A stretch of DNA of 48,566 nucleotides from an uncultured Dehalococcoidia bacterium (GCA_950072105.1 CATMOE010000025.1:1-48566), one strand, 5' to 3'; counted from the stretch's first letter, positions 9,780 through 19,960 are shown. The notes: generated by a model from the letters alone, not told the origin. Numbers and translations: made by a program.

Positions 9780-11873
9780 CTAACGCCCCACCAAGAGCGG
9801 CCTACGCCAATTCTTGACCTGATCCACCCTTTCACCCTCGTGGCCGCCCCCTCCGTCTTTGCTCCCCTCTCCGTCTTTGCCCCCCTGACCATCTTTGGTT
9901 CCTTCACCGGCGCGGTCCCCTTTGGTCCCTTCACCGGCGTGATCGGCTTTTGCATCGTCTTTCTGGCGTTCATCTTCCGCGTGTTGGCTTATCGCCGCAT
10001 CCAGACTGTCCTTGATATCTTCATCCGCGTTATCTTGGGATTGCTCCGTGCTGAAGTCAACTTGAGCGAGGTGGGCGCCTCTGAGGCTCTCAAGGCTCAA
10101 GGCCGCACCGGTGATTCCAGCCGCGACGGCCGCTCCTAAGAAGTTGTCCAGTCGATCCTGTATGGCATCACTATGGACCGACCCAAGAACCTCCACTTTC
10201 TTGTCCGCGCCTACCGAGTGTACGACCATCACGACGTGAGCACCGCCGGTCATAGTCTTGGCTTGCGCTTCGCTTACTCGCAATGTATTACCTGCTTCAA
10301 GCACGACAGTGGCCTTACCGTCGGGTGCCTTTTCCGCCACTACCCCTCGCAGGTGGTCGCGCCGCGGCTTATTGGGGATAATGGTCACGTGAATTGCGGT
10401 GACCAACTCGGAGTCGGCGACGTCCGCCCCGACCAACGACGGAAGATCAGTCAAGACCGCGACCCGTTGCCCCGGCGCCAGAGTGCCTCCATCCGCAAGG
10501 CCGATGCCCGGTGCAGCGACGGACGTGCCGGGTCCAGTACCAGCTCTAACGATCCCGAATTTGGTTTCGGTCGAGAAGTTGTTCGGGTTCACTTCAATGA
10601 CTTTACCGAAGTAGGCCCGATGGGGAAGGCGGGAGCGCAGCTGGAAATCAACCTCGGTTGCGCTGCCTATCGTTACGTCCACCAGGTTAGCCTGTTGCAT
10701 GTTCTGCTTCTGGTCGTACCAGGAATCCACGAAATTGGCCGGATTTGGACTTTGCTGAGGGCTGGCGAAGGCGAAGTAAGTCCCCGGGATGAGCTCTTCG
10801 ATGATGTAGCTCCCCGATGAGTCCGACGATACTTGGCCCACCAATTGCAATCCGCCCGTGCTGGTGAAGAAAACGATAGGCACACCCGGAATCGGATTGC
10901 CCGCGCTATCCCTAACAGAGCCGGTGATACTTCTGTCCGTCCCCACCGCCGCCACCGTCGTGCTCTCCGAGTCCGTCGTGATCCACTCATCGCCGCCATC
11001 GGTCGAACCCGAAACTGTGACGTCGTTGGTGACGGTACTCGACGCGGAAGACACGGTTGCCCCAAAGGAGACTATCGCACTGGCTCCGGCTTCCAATATG
11101 CCCAGGGAACAGACAACGACGCCACCGGCGACGATACAGGAACCTTGGGAGGAGGAAACGGAAACTAATTCGACCTCTAAGGGGAGGGAGTCTACGATGG
11201 ACACGCCCCCTACGGCCTGGGAACCGTCGTTGGAAACAGTGACTATGTAGGTCAATGTCTCTCCCGGGACTACCGGGTCTACCTCGTCAGACAGGCTCAC
11301 CGATAGGCCACCGGACGCCGGGGTTGTGCTCCCATAAACGATTGTCGTGCGATGAACCGAACTTTGATCCGCACTCAGCTCCCCTGAGGCCGCGGAAAGA
11401 GTGATAGAGTCCGCCGCCACCAACCCTGACGTAGCGGCGATCAACGTGATGGAGACCGAAGCACTAGCTCCACCGGCAAGTGAACCTAGGGGGCAGGCCA
11501 CTTCGACTCCGCTCTGCGAGCATTGCCCACGGCTGGACGACGCGAAAACGAAAGTTGAGCTATCGTCCAGCTTCGTTACCAACATCACCCCGGTGGCGGT
11601 TTCGTTGGAGTCATTGGTCACGTTGATGGTGTAGCTGAAAGTCTCACCGGCGGGAACCACCGCGGTCTGTCCGCCGGAGATGGACACGCCCAGACCCTTA
11701 GCGGCGGGCTGGAACGACGGACCCGAAGTGGGCGAAGACAGCTCCACCCGATTAAGGTCCTGGCACATGACGGTAAAACCGCCGATCCTTTGTTGATTGC
11801 TGAACGCCGGTGTATAGCGGTAGATATGCAGTCCCCTCACGGCGTGCAGCGTTGTATACGGGGAGTCGTTCAA
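9780..11873 (-). CDS. DUF11/Ig-like repeat protein with carboxypeptidase-regulatory-like domain and low-complexity acidic/Gly tail
   Basis: Two DUF11-type repeats (GETFSYTINVTNDS, PGETLTYIVTVSNDG, CSLGxL); ITGSVRDSAGNPIPG; start uncertain, no clear signal peptide. Confidence 0.7.
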   Translation of the reverse strand: MNDSPYTTLHAVRGLHIYRYTPAFSNQQRIGGFTVMCQDLNRVELSSPTSGPSFQPAAKGLGVSISGGQTAVVPAGETFSYTINVTNDSNETATGVMLVTKLDDSSTFVFASSSRGQCSQSGVEVACPLGSLAGGASASVSITLIAATSGLVAADSITLSAASGELSADQSSVHRTTIVYGSTTPASGGLSVSLSDEVDPVVPGETLTYIVTVSNDGSQAVGGVSIVDSLPLEVELVSVSSSQGSCIVAGGVVVCSLGILEAGASAIVSFGATVSSASSTVTNDVTVSGSTDGGDEWITTDSESTTVAAVGTDRSITGSVRDSAGNPIPGVPIVFFTSTGGLQLVGQVSSDSSGSYIIEELIPGTYFAFASPQQSPNPANFVDSWYDQKQNMQQANLVDVTIGSATEVDFQLRSRLPHRAYFGKVIEVNPNNFSTETKFGIVRAGTGPGTSVAAPGIGLADGGTLAPGQRVAVLTDLPSLVGADVADSELVTAIHVTIIPNKPRRDHLRGVVAEKAPDGKATVVLEAGNTLRVSEAQAKTMTGGAHVVMVVHSVGADKKVEVLGSVHSDAIQDRLDNFLGAAVAAGITGAALSLESLRGAHLAQVDFSTEQSQDNADEDIKDSLDAAISQHAEDERQKDDAKADHAGEGTKGDRAGEGTKDGQGGKDGEGSKDGGGGHEGERVDQVKNWRRPLLVGR

Positions 11874-11913
11874 GCTAACGTCAACAAGGAATCGTTACCC
11901 AAGAAAAATGGGC

Positions 11914-11946
11914 AAAAAAAGAGGCCGCCAGTTTGGCGGCCTCTTT
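11914..11946 (-). terminator. Intrinsic terminator after zinc-ribbon gene 1
   Basis: GAGGCCGCCA-gtt-TGGCGGCCTC stem with A7 on plus (U7 on minus). Confidence 0.85.
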
Positions 11947-11962
11947 GCAGATCGGTTAGTTG

Positions 11963-12253
11963 TTAGCGCCTTTGCGCGCTGAAACAATCACTGCAATACA
12001 CCGGCCTGTCGCCCCGGGGGACGAAAGGAACGGTAGTGTCTATGCCGCACTGGGCACACACCACCGGATGCATCTCACGTGGACCACTGCCGTATCCGCC
12101 GCGCTGTTGGTTCTTGCGGGTTTCCCGGCATTCCGGACAGCGCTTCGGCTCGTTGGTGTATCCTCGCGAATTGAAGAACTCTTGTTCTCCAACCGTGAAG
12201 ACAAACGCTGCGTTGCACTCCGAACATGATAGATCCTTGTCTGCTAGGGCCAT
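11963..12253 (-). CDS. Zinc-ribbon protein with C-terminal CxxC-x17-CxxC domain (paralogue 1)
   Basis: DKDLSCSEC..FVFTVGEQEFF..NEPKRCPEC; CAQCG..VPFVPRGDRPVYCSDC. Confidence 0.9.
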   Translation of the reverse strand: MALADKDLSCSECNAAFVFTVGEQEFFNSRGYTNEPKRCPECRETRKNQQRGGYGSGPREMHPVVCAQCGIDTTVPFVPRGDRPVYCSDCFSAQRR

Positions 12254-12361
12254 TTGGATGACCTCCCTTAATTTGATCTGGTTCAGTCTTAGGTCATCCG
12301 GTTGCCTGAGCTAACGGACCTTTGTACCACCAACGGTAAACCTTAACTAATACCGGCTTTC

Positions 12362-12392
12362 ATTATACCAGAAGCCTAGTCACTATAGTCAA
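12362..12392 (-). promoter_or_regulatory. Sigma70-type promoter (extended -10) of zinc-ribbon gene 1
   Basis: Minus strand TTGACT-N19-TATAAT with TG-n-TATAAT. Confidence 0.6.
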
Positions 12393-12615
12393 GGAGCCAG
12401 GCGTCCGGCGACCTAATGCCAGGCTCAATTTCCCATTCATATGAATATTAACTATCCGATTACAGCGTTTTATGGTAATTTGGGTCCCAGCCCGTTTCAG
12501 GTACGCACATCCGCACGAATGGACAATTTTTGACACATCCGCGGCCCGTTCTTACAATTGACATCTCCCGTAAGTTGTCTTGTGTCTCGGGAATTCACCG
12601 TCAAGGAGTGGAGAA

Positions 12616-13368
12616 ATGCCCGACGTTCTCGCCTGGCGCAAGAAATTCGGAGTCTTGGCCCCCAGCACCAACACCATCGTCGAACCCGACCTCCACATGA
12701 TGGAAGTCCCCGGCGTAACGTCCCACATGGGGCGCATCATGATGCAGAATACCGTCAGGGATTCCGCCAACGTCACCGCCAACGCTGAACGAGCTAAAGC
12801 GTTGGGCGGCGAGATGCAGCCGACCATCGAGCGGCTGCTAACCATGGAGCCCGATTACCTGGTGATGGCCATGAGCGCCCCCACCTTTCGAGGTGGCGTC
12901 GAAGGCAACCGCCGTTGGAAAGAGCAGATGCAGGAATACAGTGGCGGTCTGGGCACGGCCAACGGCGCCGAAGCCTGTGCGCGGGCTCTGAACCTGCTCA
13001 ACGTGAAACGCATTTCGGTGTTGACCCCCTATTGGTCCGACACCAGCGACCACGTGATCCAGTTCTTCACCGAATCTGGGTTCGAGGTGGTCAGCAACAT
13101 CGACCTGGAGTCCCGGACCCCAGTGGGGATCGGACACATCACGTCAGACCAGTGCCGGGAAGCGCTAATGAAGATCAACTCGGACCGAACCGAAGCTATC
13201 ATCCAGTGTGGCACCAACCTTAATATGATCCGGCTGGCCGATGAAGCGGACCGCTGGCTGGGAAAACCCGTACTGGCCATCAACGCCACCATCTGGTGGA
13301 TGGCGCTAAGGGACAATGGCATAGAGGATCAACTGCAAGGGTTCGGCCGGATGCTCAGGGACTACTAA
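12616..13368 (+). CDS. Maleate cis-trans isomerase/arylmalonate decarboxylase family (Asp/Glu racemase fold)
   Basis: GVLAPSTNTIVEPD, ISVLTPY, IIQCGTNL, KPVLAINA; ATG 12616 after GGAG. Confidence 0.85.
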   Translation: MPDVLAWRKKFGVLAPSTNTIVEPDLHMMEVPGVTSHMGRIMMQNTVRDSANVTANAERAKALGGEMQPTIERLLTMEPDYLVMAMSAPTFRGGVEGNRRWKEQMQEYSGGLGTANGAEACARALNLLNVKRISVLTPYWSDTSDHVIQFFTESGFEVVSNIDLESRTPVGIGHITSDQCREALMKINSDRTEAIIQCGTNLNMIRLADEADRWLGKPVLAINATIWWMALRDNGIEDQLQGFGRMLRDY

Positions 13369-13478
13369 GACCCTGCACACCGCGTGACAGTCAACTGAGT
13401 TGAATCAAAGGCACTTTAGGATATACCCGGCTGAAATGCCGGCAAGGATCGGGAAGTTCATCGAGAGGAGGTCACGGG

Positions 13479-14282
13479 ATGGCGGCGTCGATAGGAATCG
13501 TCGGTTGTGGCGCGATAGGGCAGGCCATACTCAGAGAAGCGGATGCCGGTAAATTAAACGTCCCCGTTTCCGGCGTCACCAGCAGGACCGAGAGCACGGC
13601 CCTGGAGTTCCTCTCCACGCTGAGCGACCCCCCTCCCTATCTGGGACCCGCCGAGTTGATCAACCGCTCAACGTTGATCGTTGAGACGGCGGGAGGCCAC
13701 GTGGTCCCCCAACTCGCTAAGGACGTGTTCGCGGCAGGCAAGGACCTTATGGTGATCAGCATCGGAGCCCTGCTCGAACACCCGGAAATCATTGAGGAGT
13801 CACGGAGCAAGGGATGCCGCCTATTGGCGCCCTCGGGAGCGATAGCAGGATTGGACGGCATCAAGTCCGCTTGCGCCGGTAGAGTAGACCGGATAACCAT
13901 GACCTCACGAAAGCCGCCAAGGGCCTTGGAAGGCGCTCCTCACCTCGTGGAGAATGAGATCATTCTAGAGGGACTGGAAGAAGAGCTAGAGGTGTTCTCT
14001 GGCACGGCTAGGGAGGCCTGTAAAGGATTTCCCGCCAACCTGAACGTCTCGGCGGCCGTGAGCCTGGCAGGACTGGGGCCGGACAAGACGCAAGTGAAGA
14101 TCGTGGCCGTGCCCGGTCTGGAGCGCAACTGCCACGACATAGAAGTGGAGGGCGAATTCGGCCTGCTGACTATCCACATCGAAAACGTCCCCAGCGAAAA
14201 CCCAAAGACCGGCAAGCTCACCGCCCTGTCCATAATCCGTTCCATCCGCGACGCCGTAGACACGGTCAGCATCGGCACATAA
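13479..14282 (+). CDS. nadX: L-aspartate dehydrogenase
   Basis: GCGAIG, SGAIAGLD, RKPP, FPANLNV, ENPKTG motifs. Confidence 0.85.
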   Translation: MAASIGIVGCGAIGQAILREADAGKLNVPVSGVTSRTESTALEFLSTLSDPPPYLGPAELINRSTLIVETAGGHVVPQLAKDVFAAGKDLMVISIGALLEHPEIIEESRSKGCRLLAPSGAIAGLDGIKSACAGRVDRITMTSRKPPRALEGAPHLVENEIILEGLEEELEVFSGTAREACKGFPANLNVSAAVSLAGLGPDKTQVKIVAVPGLERNCHDIEVEGEFGLLTIHIENVPSENPKTGKLTALSIIRSIRDAVDTVSIGT

Positions 14283-14296
14283 CCCAATTCAGAGCA

Positions 14297-14321
14297 CGTT
14301 CGTGGTGAGCTTGTCGAACCA
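14297..14321. repeat. REP-like family C (CGTTCGTGGTGAGCTTGTCGAACC)
   Basis: Other copies at 37706-37730 and 37752-37777, partial copy at 16951-16963; all just 3' of genes. Confidence 0.75.
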
Positions 14322-14351
14322 CCATCCGATCCATAACTTGGGAGGGACCCC

Positions 14352-15638
14352 ATGCCTTTCTTCTGGCAACGCCCCCGCCCAATGCACCTGGGCAGATTCC
14401 CCATGGAGAAGATCAAGCGGGTCAAGGAAACGACCACGAAGATCTCGGATGACATTCCTCGAATACCCAAACGGGCCCATTTTTTTCAACGCGCCCGCTT
14501 TGGCGATCTGGGGCCCAAACCCCAACAAGAAGTGCGCCGTTTCGCCACCAAACACCCTTTGTCCATGGCCATGGGGAAAGTGACTCAGACACAGGCTACG
14601 GTCCACGACGGCGACGTCGCTTCCGATATCGCGCCCCTACCCGAAGACCTGCAGGAGGTCGCCGACCATATAAAGGCCACCTGCTACTTCTTGGACGCCG
14701 ACGTGGTCGGCATCTGCGAGATTCCCGACTTCGCCTGGTATTCCCACGACATCGACGGCAACCCAATTACCCCCATCCACAAATACGCCATCGTCCTGCT
14801 CATCGACCAGGGCTTTGAAACCATGGAAGCCTCCAGCGGCGACGACTGGATCAGTGGCGCCCAGAGCTTCCGCGCCTACCTGAAAGGCTCCACCATCGCC
14901 TGCACCGTGGCCGGCTACATACGAGAGTTGGGTTACCCAGCCCGGGCCCATACCAACTCCGACAGCGAAGTGTTGCACAACCCACTGACGATATTGGCCG
15001 GATTGGGCGAGCTGAGCCGCATCGGCGAAGTTGTGCTGAACCCTTTCTTGGGCCCCCGGTTCAAGACGGCGGTGATCACCACCGATCTTCCCATGGCGGT
15101 GGACCAGCCCATCGACTTCGGCCTGCAAGACTTTTGCGGCAAGTGCCGCAAGTGCGCCCGGGAATGTCCCTGCGGCGCCATCTCCTTCGGCGACAAAGTC
15201 ATGTTCAACGGCTACGAGATGTGGAAACCCGACGTGGAGGCCTGCACCCGGTACCGGGTGACCAACCCCAATGGGTCGGCCTGCGGACGGTGCATGAAGA
15301 TGTGTCCCTTCAACAAGAAAGGCCTGATGCAGCACCGCTTGGCGCTGTGGGTTGCCATCCGAATGGCGCCCCTGCGCAAGCTCCTCATCTGGCTGGACGA
15401 CGCGCTGGGATACGGCAAACGTAACCCGCTGTGGAAGTGGTGGCTTGACCTGGAGATCCGTGATGGCAAGGTGTCCCGCCCCGCCAATACCAACCAACGG
15501 GACCTGCAATTGAAACGGCCGATACCCAAGAACAAGATAATCCCCATATACCCGGTCGAGACGATACCTCCTCCGGGCTCACACGAAGCCCACCCCCTAG
15601 ACCGCCAAGACGCCCAGGCCCGTGCGGCCAAGAAGTGA
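14352..15638 (+). CDS. Reductive dehalogenase-like cobalamin/2x[4Fe-4S] protein, cytoplasmic (catabolic type)
   Basis: ADVVGIC, YIRELGYPARAH, AGLGELSRIG, TTDLPM, CGKCRKCARECP, CGRCMKMCP; no TAT leader. Confidence 0.85.
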   Translation: MPFFWQRPRPMHLGRFPMEKIKRVKETTTKISDDIPRIPKRAHFFQRARFGDLGPKPQQEVRRFATKHPLSMAMGKVTQTQATVHDGDVASDIAPLPEDLQEVADHIKATCYFLDADVVGICEIPDFAWYSHDIDGNPITPIHKYAIVLLIDQGFETMEASSGDDWISGAQSFRAYLKGSTIACTVAGYIRELGYPARAHTNSDSEVLHNPLTILAGLGELSRIGEVVLNPFLGPRFKTAVITTDLPMAVDQPIDFGLQDFCGKCRKCARECPCGAISFGDKVMFNGYEMWKPDVEACTRYRVTNPNGSACGRCMKMCPFNKKGLMQHRLALWVAIRMAPLRKLLIWLDDALGYGKRNPLWKWWLDLEIRDGKVSRPANTNQRDLQLKRPIPKNKIIPIYPVETIPPPGSHEAHPLDRQDAQARAAKK

Positions 15639-15682
15639 CGCGGGTCTTGGCGCAAACCAGCTAATCCCCCCGAGGTAAACGA

Positions 15683-16918
15683 ATGACCACAGAACAACGA
15701 AAATCGCCGCCGCCCTTGGTAGGCGTAAGGGTACTGGACGCCACCCACATCGTCGCCGGCCCTTTCTGCTCGATGATACTGGCGGATATGGGCGCCGAGG
15801 TTATCAAGATCGAGCGTCCCGGCAGCGGAGACCTGTCCCGGGCGCGGGGACCGTTCGTTCAGGGCGCGGACGGTCAGGAGGTCAGTTCGCGGTTTCTGGG
15901 AGTCAACAGGAACAAAAAAAGCGTGACCTTGGACCTGCGTAACCCAAAGTGTAAAGAAGCCTTCGAAAATCTGGTGCGCGAGTCCGACGTTTTATTGGAC
16001 AACTGGGGGTCGGGGGCCTTTCAACGTTTGGGCCTCGGCTACGATCATCTCAAAGAGATCAATCCCGGCTTGATCTACGCCAGCATCACCGGCTACGGCG
16101 ACAGCGAGGGACTGCGAGGCCCCTATTCCAAATGGCCGGCCAATAACCTGAGCATTCAGGGCATGGCCGGTTGGATGGAGCTAACCGGAGAGCCGGACGG
16201 TCCTCCCCAGAGTGTGGGCGACAACATCGGCGACTCTGTTCCGGGAGTGTGGACCGCCCTGGGCATCGTCTTGGCCCTGGAGTCGCGGCGTAAGACCGGC
16301 CTGGGCCAGTACGTGGACATGGCCATGTACGAATGTCTGGTGTCTCACACCGTCAGCCAGATGAACATCTTCCAGACCACCGGAGAAAATCCCGGCCGGT
16401 CGCGGGAAAGACTGACCACCGCCGGTCTGACTTTCAAAGCCAAGGACGGCTACGTCGTGATGGCCGGCGTCCGGTCGGAGGAGAGGCTGCGGGCCATGTG
16501 GAAACTCGTCGGCCGGGAAGAGCTGACTGAAGACCCGCGCTATCTGGGTAAAGGGGCCGACGGAGACTTCTGGTTCCAGAACGTCATTCCGGCCATCGAG
16601 GGTTGGTCGCAGCGCCTGTCCAAGTGGGAAGTCGCCGAAAAACTTACCGAGATCGGCCTCTCCATGGGCGTTGCCCAGACCATGGCCGACCTGGACCAAT
16701 GCCCTCACCTGGAGGCGCGGCAGATGTTCGTGGACACCGACGACACGATGGGCGGCCGATTCAGGTCGCTGAAGACCCCCATCCGGCTAACGGGATGCGC
16801 GGACCCTCCCGCCGAAACCCCGCCGGAACTCGGCGAGCACAATCAGGCGATCTTGTGCTCCATCGGGGGGCTAACTCCTGAGGAATTAGCCGAGTTGGAA
16901 TCAAAGGGCGTGGTCTGA
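15683..16918 (+). CDS. CaiB/BaiF family (class III) CoA transferase
   Basis: GVRVLD..AGPFCSMILADMGAEVIKIE, NRNKKSVTLDL. Confidence 0.92.
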   Translation: MTTEQRKSPPPLVGVRVLDATHIVAGPFCSMILADMGAEVIKIERPGSGDLSRARGPFVQGADGQEVSSRFLGVNRNKKSVTLDLRNPKCKEAFENLVRESDVLLDNWGSGAFQRLGLGYDHLKEINPGLIYASITGYGDSEGLRGPYSKWPANNLSIQGMAGWMELTGEPDGPPQSVGDNIGDSVPGVWTALGIVLALESRRKTGLGQYVDMAMYECLVSHTVSQMNIFQTTGENPGRSRERLTTAGLTFKAKDGYVVMAGVRSEERLRAMWKLVGREELTEDPRYLGKGADGDFWFQNVIPAIEGWSQRLSKWEVAEKLTEIGLSMGVAQTMADLDQCPHLEARQMFVDTDDTMGGRFRSLKTPIRLTGCADPPAETPPELGEHNQAILCSIGGLTPEELAELESKGVV

Positions 16919-17149
16919 GTTGATCCCATCGATCGTGGGAAAACGTTGCCCCGTTCGTGGTGAAAGGGAGACAGTTGCCGCCAACCCACTATGACGCGGA
17001 TTATGGCGGGAATTAAGCCCCGCCTCAGGCCCAAGCGGCAACGAGACTCCAGGCACGAAAATTCGCCATAACGGTGTGGCGGTAAAGCTGGATAGGGCTA
17101 AATCCCTTTGCGGCTAATCTCGCGCCTGGATCATGATTTGTTCGTTGAT

Positions 17150-17632
17150 CTAGTTCCCCGCCGGTTGATTCGATCCAAATAGATATGGCCGTTGTTGTTG
17201 ATCAAAGCATCTGCCGATTTTTCCTATCTCCCCGTATCCTCCACGCGGCTCAGTCCTTGCGAGAACTACCTTAATTTCGGCTAACAGATCATCTAGATCA
17301 AAGGGTTTCTTTAGAAACGCGTCCGCGCCCGCTTCCATCGCAGCCGTCATATCGCCGCTCATGTGACCTGACCCTCCGGTCATGATTAAAATTGGGATAT
17401 TGGATATTGCCCGAACTTGCCGGATCAGCTCGAAGCCATCCATATGTGGCATTTTTAAATCGGAGATCAGCAGATCAGGCTCCTCACGTTGAAACGCCTC
17501 TAATGCCTCTCGCCCGTCGCTCGCCATGCACGTCACGAACCCGGAACGGTCCAAATACCTTGCAAGAAGTTCACGAATAACCCGGTAGTCATCGACAATG
17601 AGAACCTTTATAACCCTTTCCGTGTTGCCCAT
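17150..17632 (-). CDS. Single-domain response regulator (receiver)
   Basis: VLIVDD, ISDLKMPHMDG, IMTG, KKPF; ATG 17632 after GAGGAG. Confidence 0.85.
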   Translation of the reverse strand: MGNTERVIKVLIVDDYRVIRELLARYLDRSGFVTCMASDGREALEAFQREEPDLLISDLKMPHMDGFELIRQVRAISNIPILIMTGGSGHMSGDMTAAMEAGADAFLKKPFDLDDLLAEIKVVLARTEPRGGYGEIGKIGRCFDQQQRPYLFGSNQPAGN

Positions 17633-17651
17633 CAGTTGATGCTCCTCACGG

Positions 17652-18356
17652 CTATTCCGATGGGAAAACGTCTTGGAACCCAATGTTCTCCGGTGTGGGG
17701 AAGGAGAATAGTGTGGATTGGACAATGCCTCTTTTGTTGACGAACCAACTATATGGCCCTGCCAGGCTCTCGCTAGACCCAGGAGGCACATTGTCCGGCG
17801 AAGCGGAAGATGGAACGGTCTCTAGATAGTCTTCCGCCACTAAAATCTCGAAATTAATGAAATAGTCCCTGGAGTCGACCAGGACATCGACACCGTGGAG
17901 GACTAGAGAAGCAACCTGCCATCCCGGTCGAGTAAGATCGTCCTCGTCGTTAAGTACATCTTCGTCAGGTTCATCCCGAATGCCGTTTTGGTTGTCAACC
18001 CATTGCGGTTTTCCGCCTAGGGTCCCTCCAAATGCGTTCCCGGCCACCAACACCGTATCGGCAGATTCGTTTTCGTCGGGCTGAACGATCTCTCCCTGAA
18101 TCTTGAGCGCGCCATGGATAGGGTATTGACGCTTTCTCAAGAAGCGAGTGCTGTCAGGACTAAGCCAATACAGATTTACGACATCTTGGATCCGCTGCCG
18201 CTCAACGTTGTAGGCCTGTGCCTTTGAGCTGCCCAGGTAGTTGTTGACCAAGGGAATCGTGATAGCGGCCAAGACGCCGAGAATGGCGATGACCACGACC
18301 AGTTCCACTAAAGTAAATCCCTTGGTCCCCTTTAACGTGGTTTTTAATTTTTCCAT
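17652..18356 (-). CDS. Type IV pilin-like protein (prepilin cleavage/methylation motif)
   Basis: KG|FTLVELVVVIAILGVLAAI. Confidence 0.85.
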   Translation of the reverse strand: MEKLKTTLKGTKGFTLVELVVVIAILGVLAAITIPLVNNYLGSSKAQAYNVERQRIQDVVNLYWLSPDSTRFLRKRQYPIHGALKIQGEIVQPDENESADTVLVAGNAFGGTLGGKPQWVDNQNGIRDEPDEDVLNDEDDLTRPGWQVASLVLHGVDVLVDSRDYFINFEILVAEDYLETVPSSASPDNVPPGSSESLAGPYSWFVNKRGIVQSTLFSFPTPENIGFQDVFPSE

Positions 18357-18859
18357 GGACGAGCACCTTTTTAGCCACTTTCAAGTTGCCCACTGTTCAT
18401 CCGAGTCTTAACCGGGCCAGACAATCGACAAAGGCGAGTATCACAAACGGATGTAAGTTCCAGAGAAGAAGGATGTATGAATTCCGTGAGAGATTGCCGC
18501 CGATATCACCGCATGGATTGACGTGGTGGGGCTGTTCGACCCAATGGTTTCAATGGAATAAGGCCGGCCACTCCCGTCCTGCTCCGATGATGAATCCGGT
18601 CCCTGGTCTCCCAGCACGAGCACTCCAGGTCTATTCCCAAGGCCCTGTGTTTGTATAGGTTGGTGGCTTTGATAGACGAAAAGGCGCAGGAAGCTGCACT
18701 ACCTAGTGACACTGGAAGATGGACGCCTGGAGGGAATTTTCAAGAATATGTAGACGGGAAGTTGGTACGAAGGGGAAAATCATAGAGCCGCCGGTTATCC
18801 GTCCGCCGTTCCAACAGACGCCGCAAACCAGGGGAAGTCCTGGCATAAAATGTTCCGGA

Positions 18860-19807
18860 TCAAGACACCGCCCCCACCACCACCAAGACAACCCCGCCCA
18901 CGCTGAGCAGGGTGCCCAGCAACAGCAGCGGGTTGATGTGCTCCAGCCGTTGCAGAAATAGGTGGGCCAGCAACAGGGTGATCAGCGGGCTACTGGCGTT
19001 TATCGGGCTCACCACCGTCACCGGGGCCCTGCTTAGGGCCTGGAACAAGAAGGCCACCGCCAAACCCTGACACACCCCGGCCAGGCAACAAAGAGCCAGA
19101 TACTTCCTGGGCAGATTGCGGAGACTGTTGATCACGTCCCGGTAGGTCAGCATGAACAACAATACGGCCCCGATACTCAAGGCAAAGGCCGCCGTCACCA
19201 TGGGCGGCGCGATGCTTCCAACTACGTGACGGCTGATGATGTCACGGCTGGCAAAGCTGGCGGCCGCGCCCATCGCCAGCAGGTAACCCAGCTTCCTGGT
19301 GGTCAAGATCTGATTCACTGGTCCGTTGGACCGGCTGGTCACGACGACGATGATCAGCCCGCAAACGATGATAGGCGTACCCAAGATCACCAGCAGATTA
19401 GGCCGCTCACCCAGGATGGTCAGGGCCAAGGCCATGGCGAATATCGGTTGCAGCGAAGAGACCGGCGCCGCTCTGGTCGCACCGACCATGGTGATCGCCA
19501 TGTTTTGGAGCACCCGGGCCAAGGGATAGGCCATGACGCCCATTAAGGCGAACCACCCTAGAGCGGTGGGAGTGACGGATCTGACTTCCGGCAGATTGAG
19601 GATCAATGCCAAAGCGGAGATAAGAACCGCTCCGGTGATAACCGTGAAAAAGGTAGCAGTAGGGGCCGACACTCTTTGGGTGCCGACTCTGATAAGGACG
19701 TAGCCACTGGAGAATCCCAGCGCCGCCAGAAAAGCGAAAACCACCGCTAACGCCAAAGATCGCTCCCCTCCGGAAACCCTGAATGAGTCATCAAGCTGTT
19801 GAGACAC
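18860..19807 (-). CDS. DMT/EamA family transporter
   Basis: Two EamA repeats, about 10 TM segments, ILGERP and APVTVVSPI; start may lie about 50 nt downstream. Confidence 0.88.
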   Translation of the reverse strand: MSQQLDDSFRVSGGERSLALAVVFAFLAALGFSSGYVLIRVGTQRVSAPTATFFTVITGAVLISALALILNLPEVRSVTPTALGWFALMGVMAYPLARVLQNMAITMVGATRAAPVSSLQPIFAMALALTILGERPNLLVILGTPIIVCGLIIVVVTSRSNGPVNQILTTRKLGYLLAMGAAASFASRDIISRHVVGSIAPPMVTAAFALSIGAVLLFMLTYRDVINSLRNLPRKYLALCCLAGVCQGLAVAFLFQALSRAPVTVVSPINASSPLITLLLAHLFLQRLEHINPLLLLGTLLSVGGVVLVVVGAVS

Positions 19808-19931
19808 ATCATAAAGCAGTTCCGCAATCCGTAGTCATACCACACCCCGCCTTGACGCCCCGCACTGCGTAGCCCCATCACCGCCTATCTGTCGGAGAAT
19901 TCTATATGCTTTCAGACTGGGATAATTACCA

Positions 19932-19960
19932 TTGAACGATTGATACTATGGTGGTAAACT
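19932..19960 (+). promoter_or_regulatory. Putative sigma70 promoter of the rdh-like cluster
   Basis: TTGAAC-N17-TAAACT, about 180 nt before ATG 20139. Confidence 0.45.
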
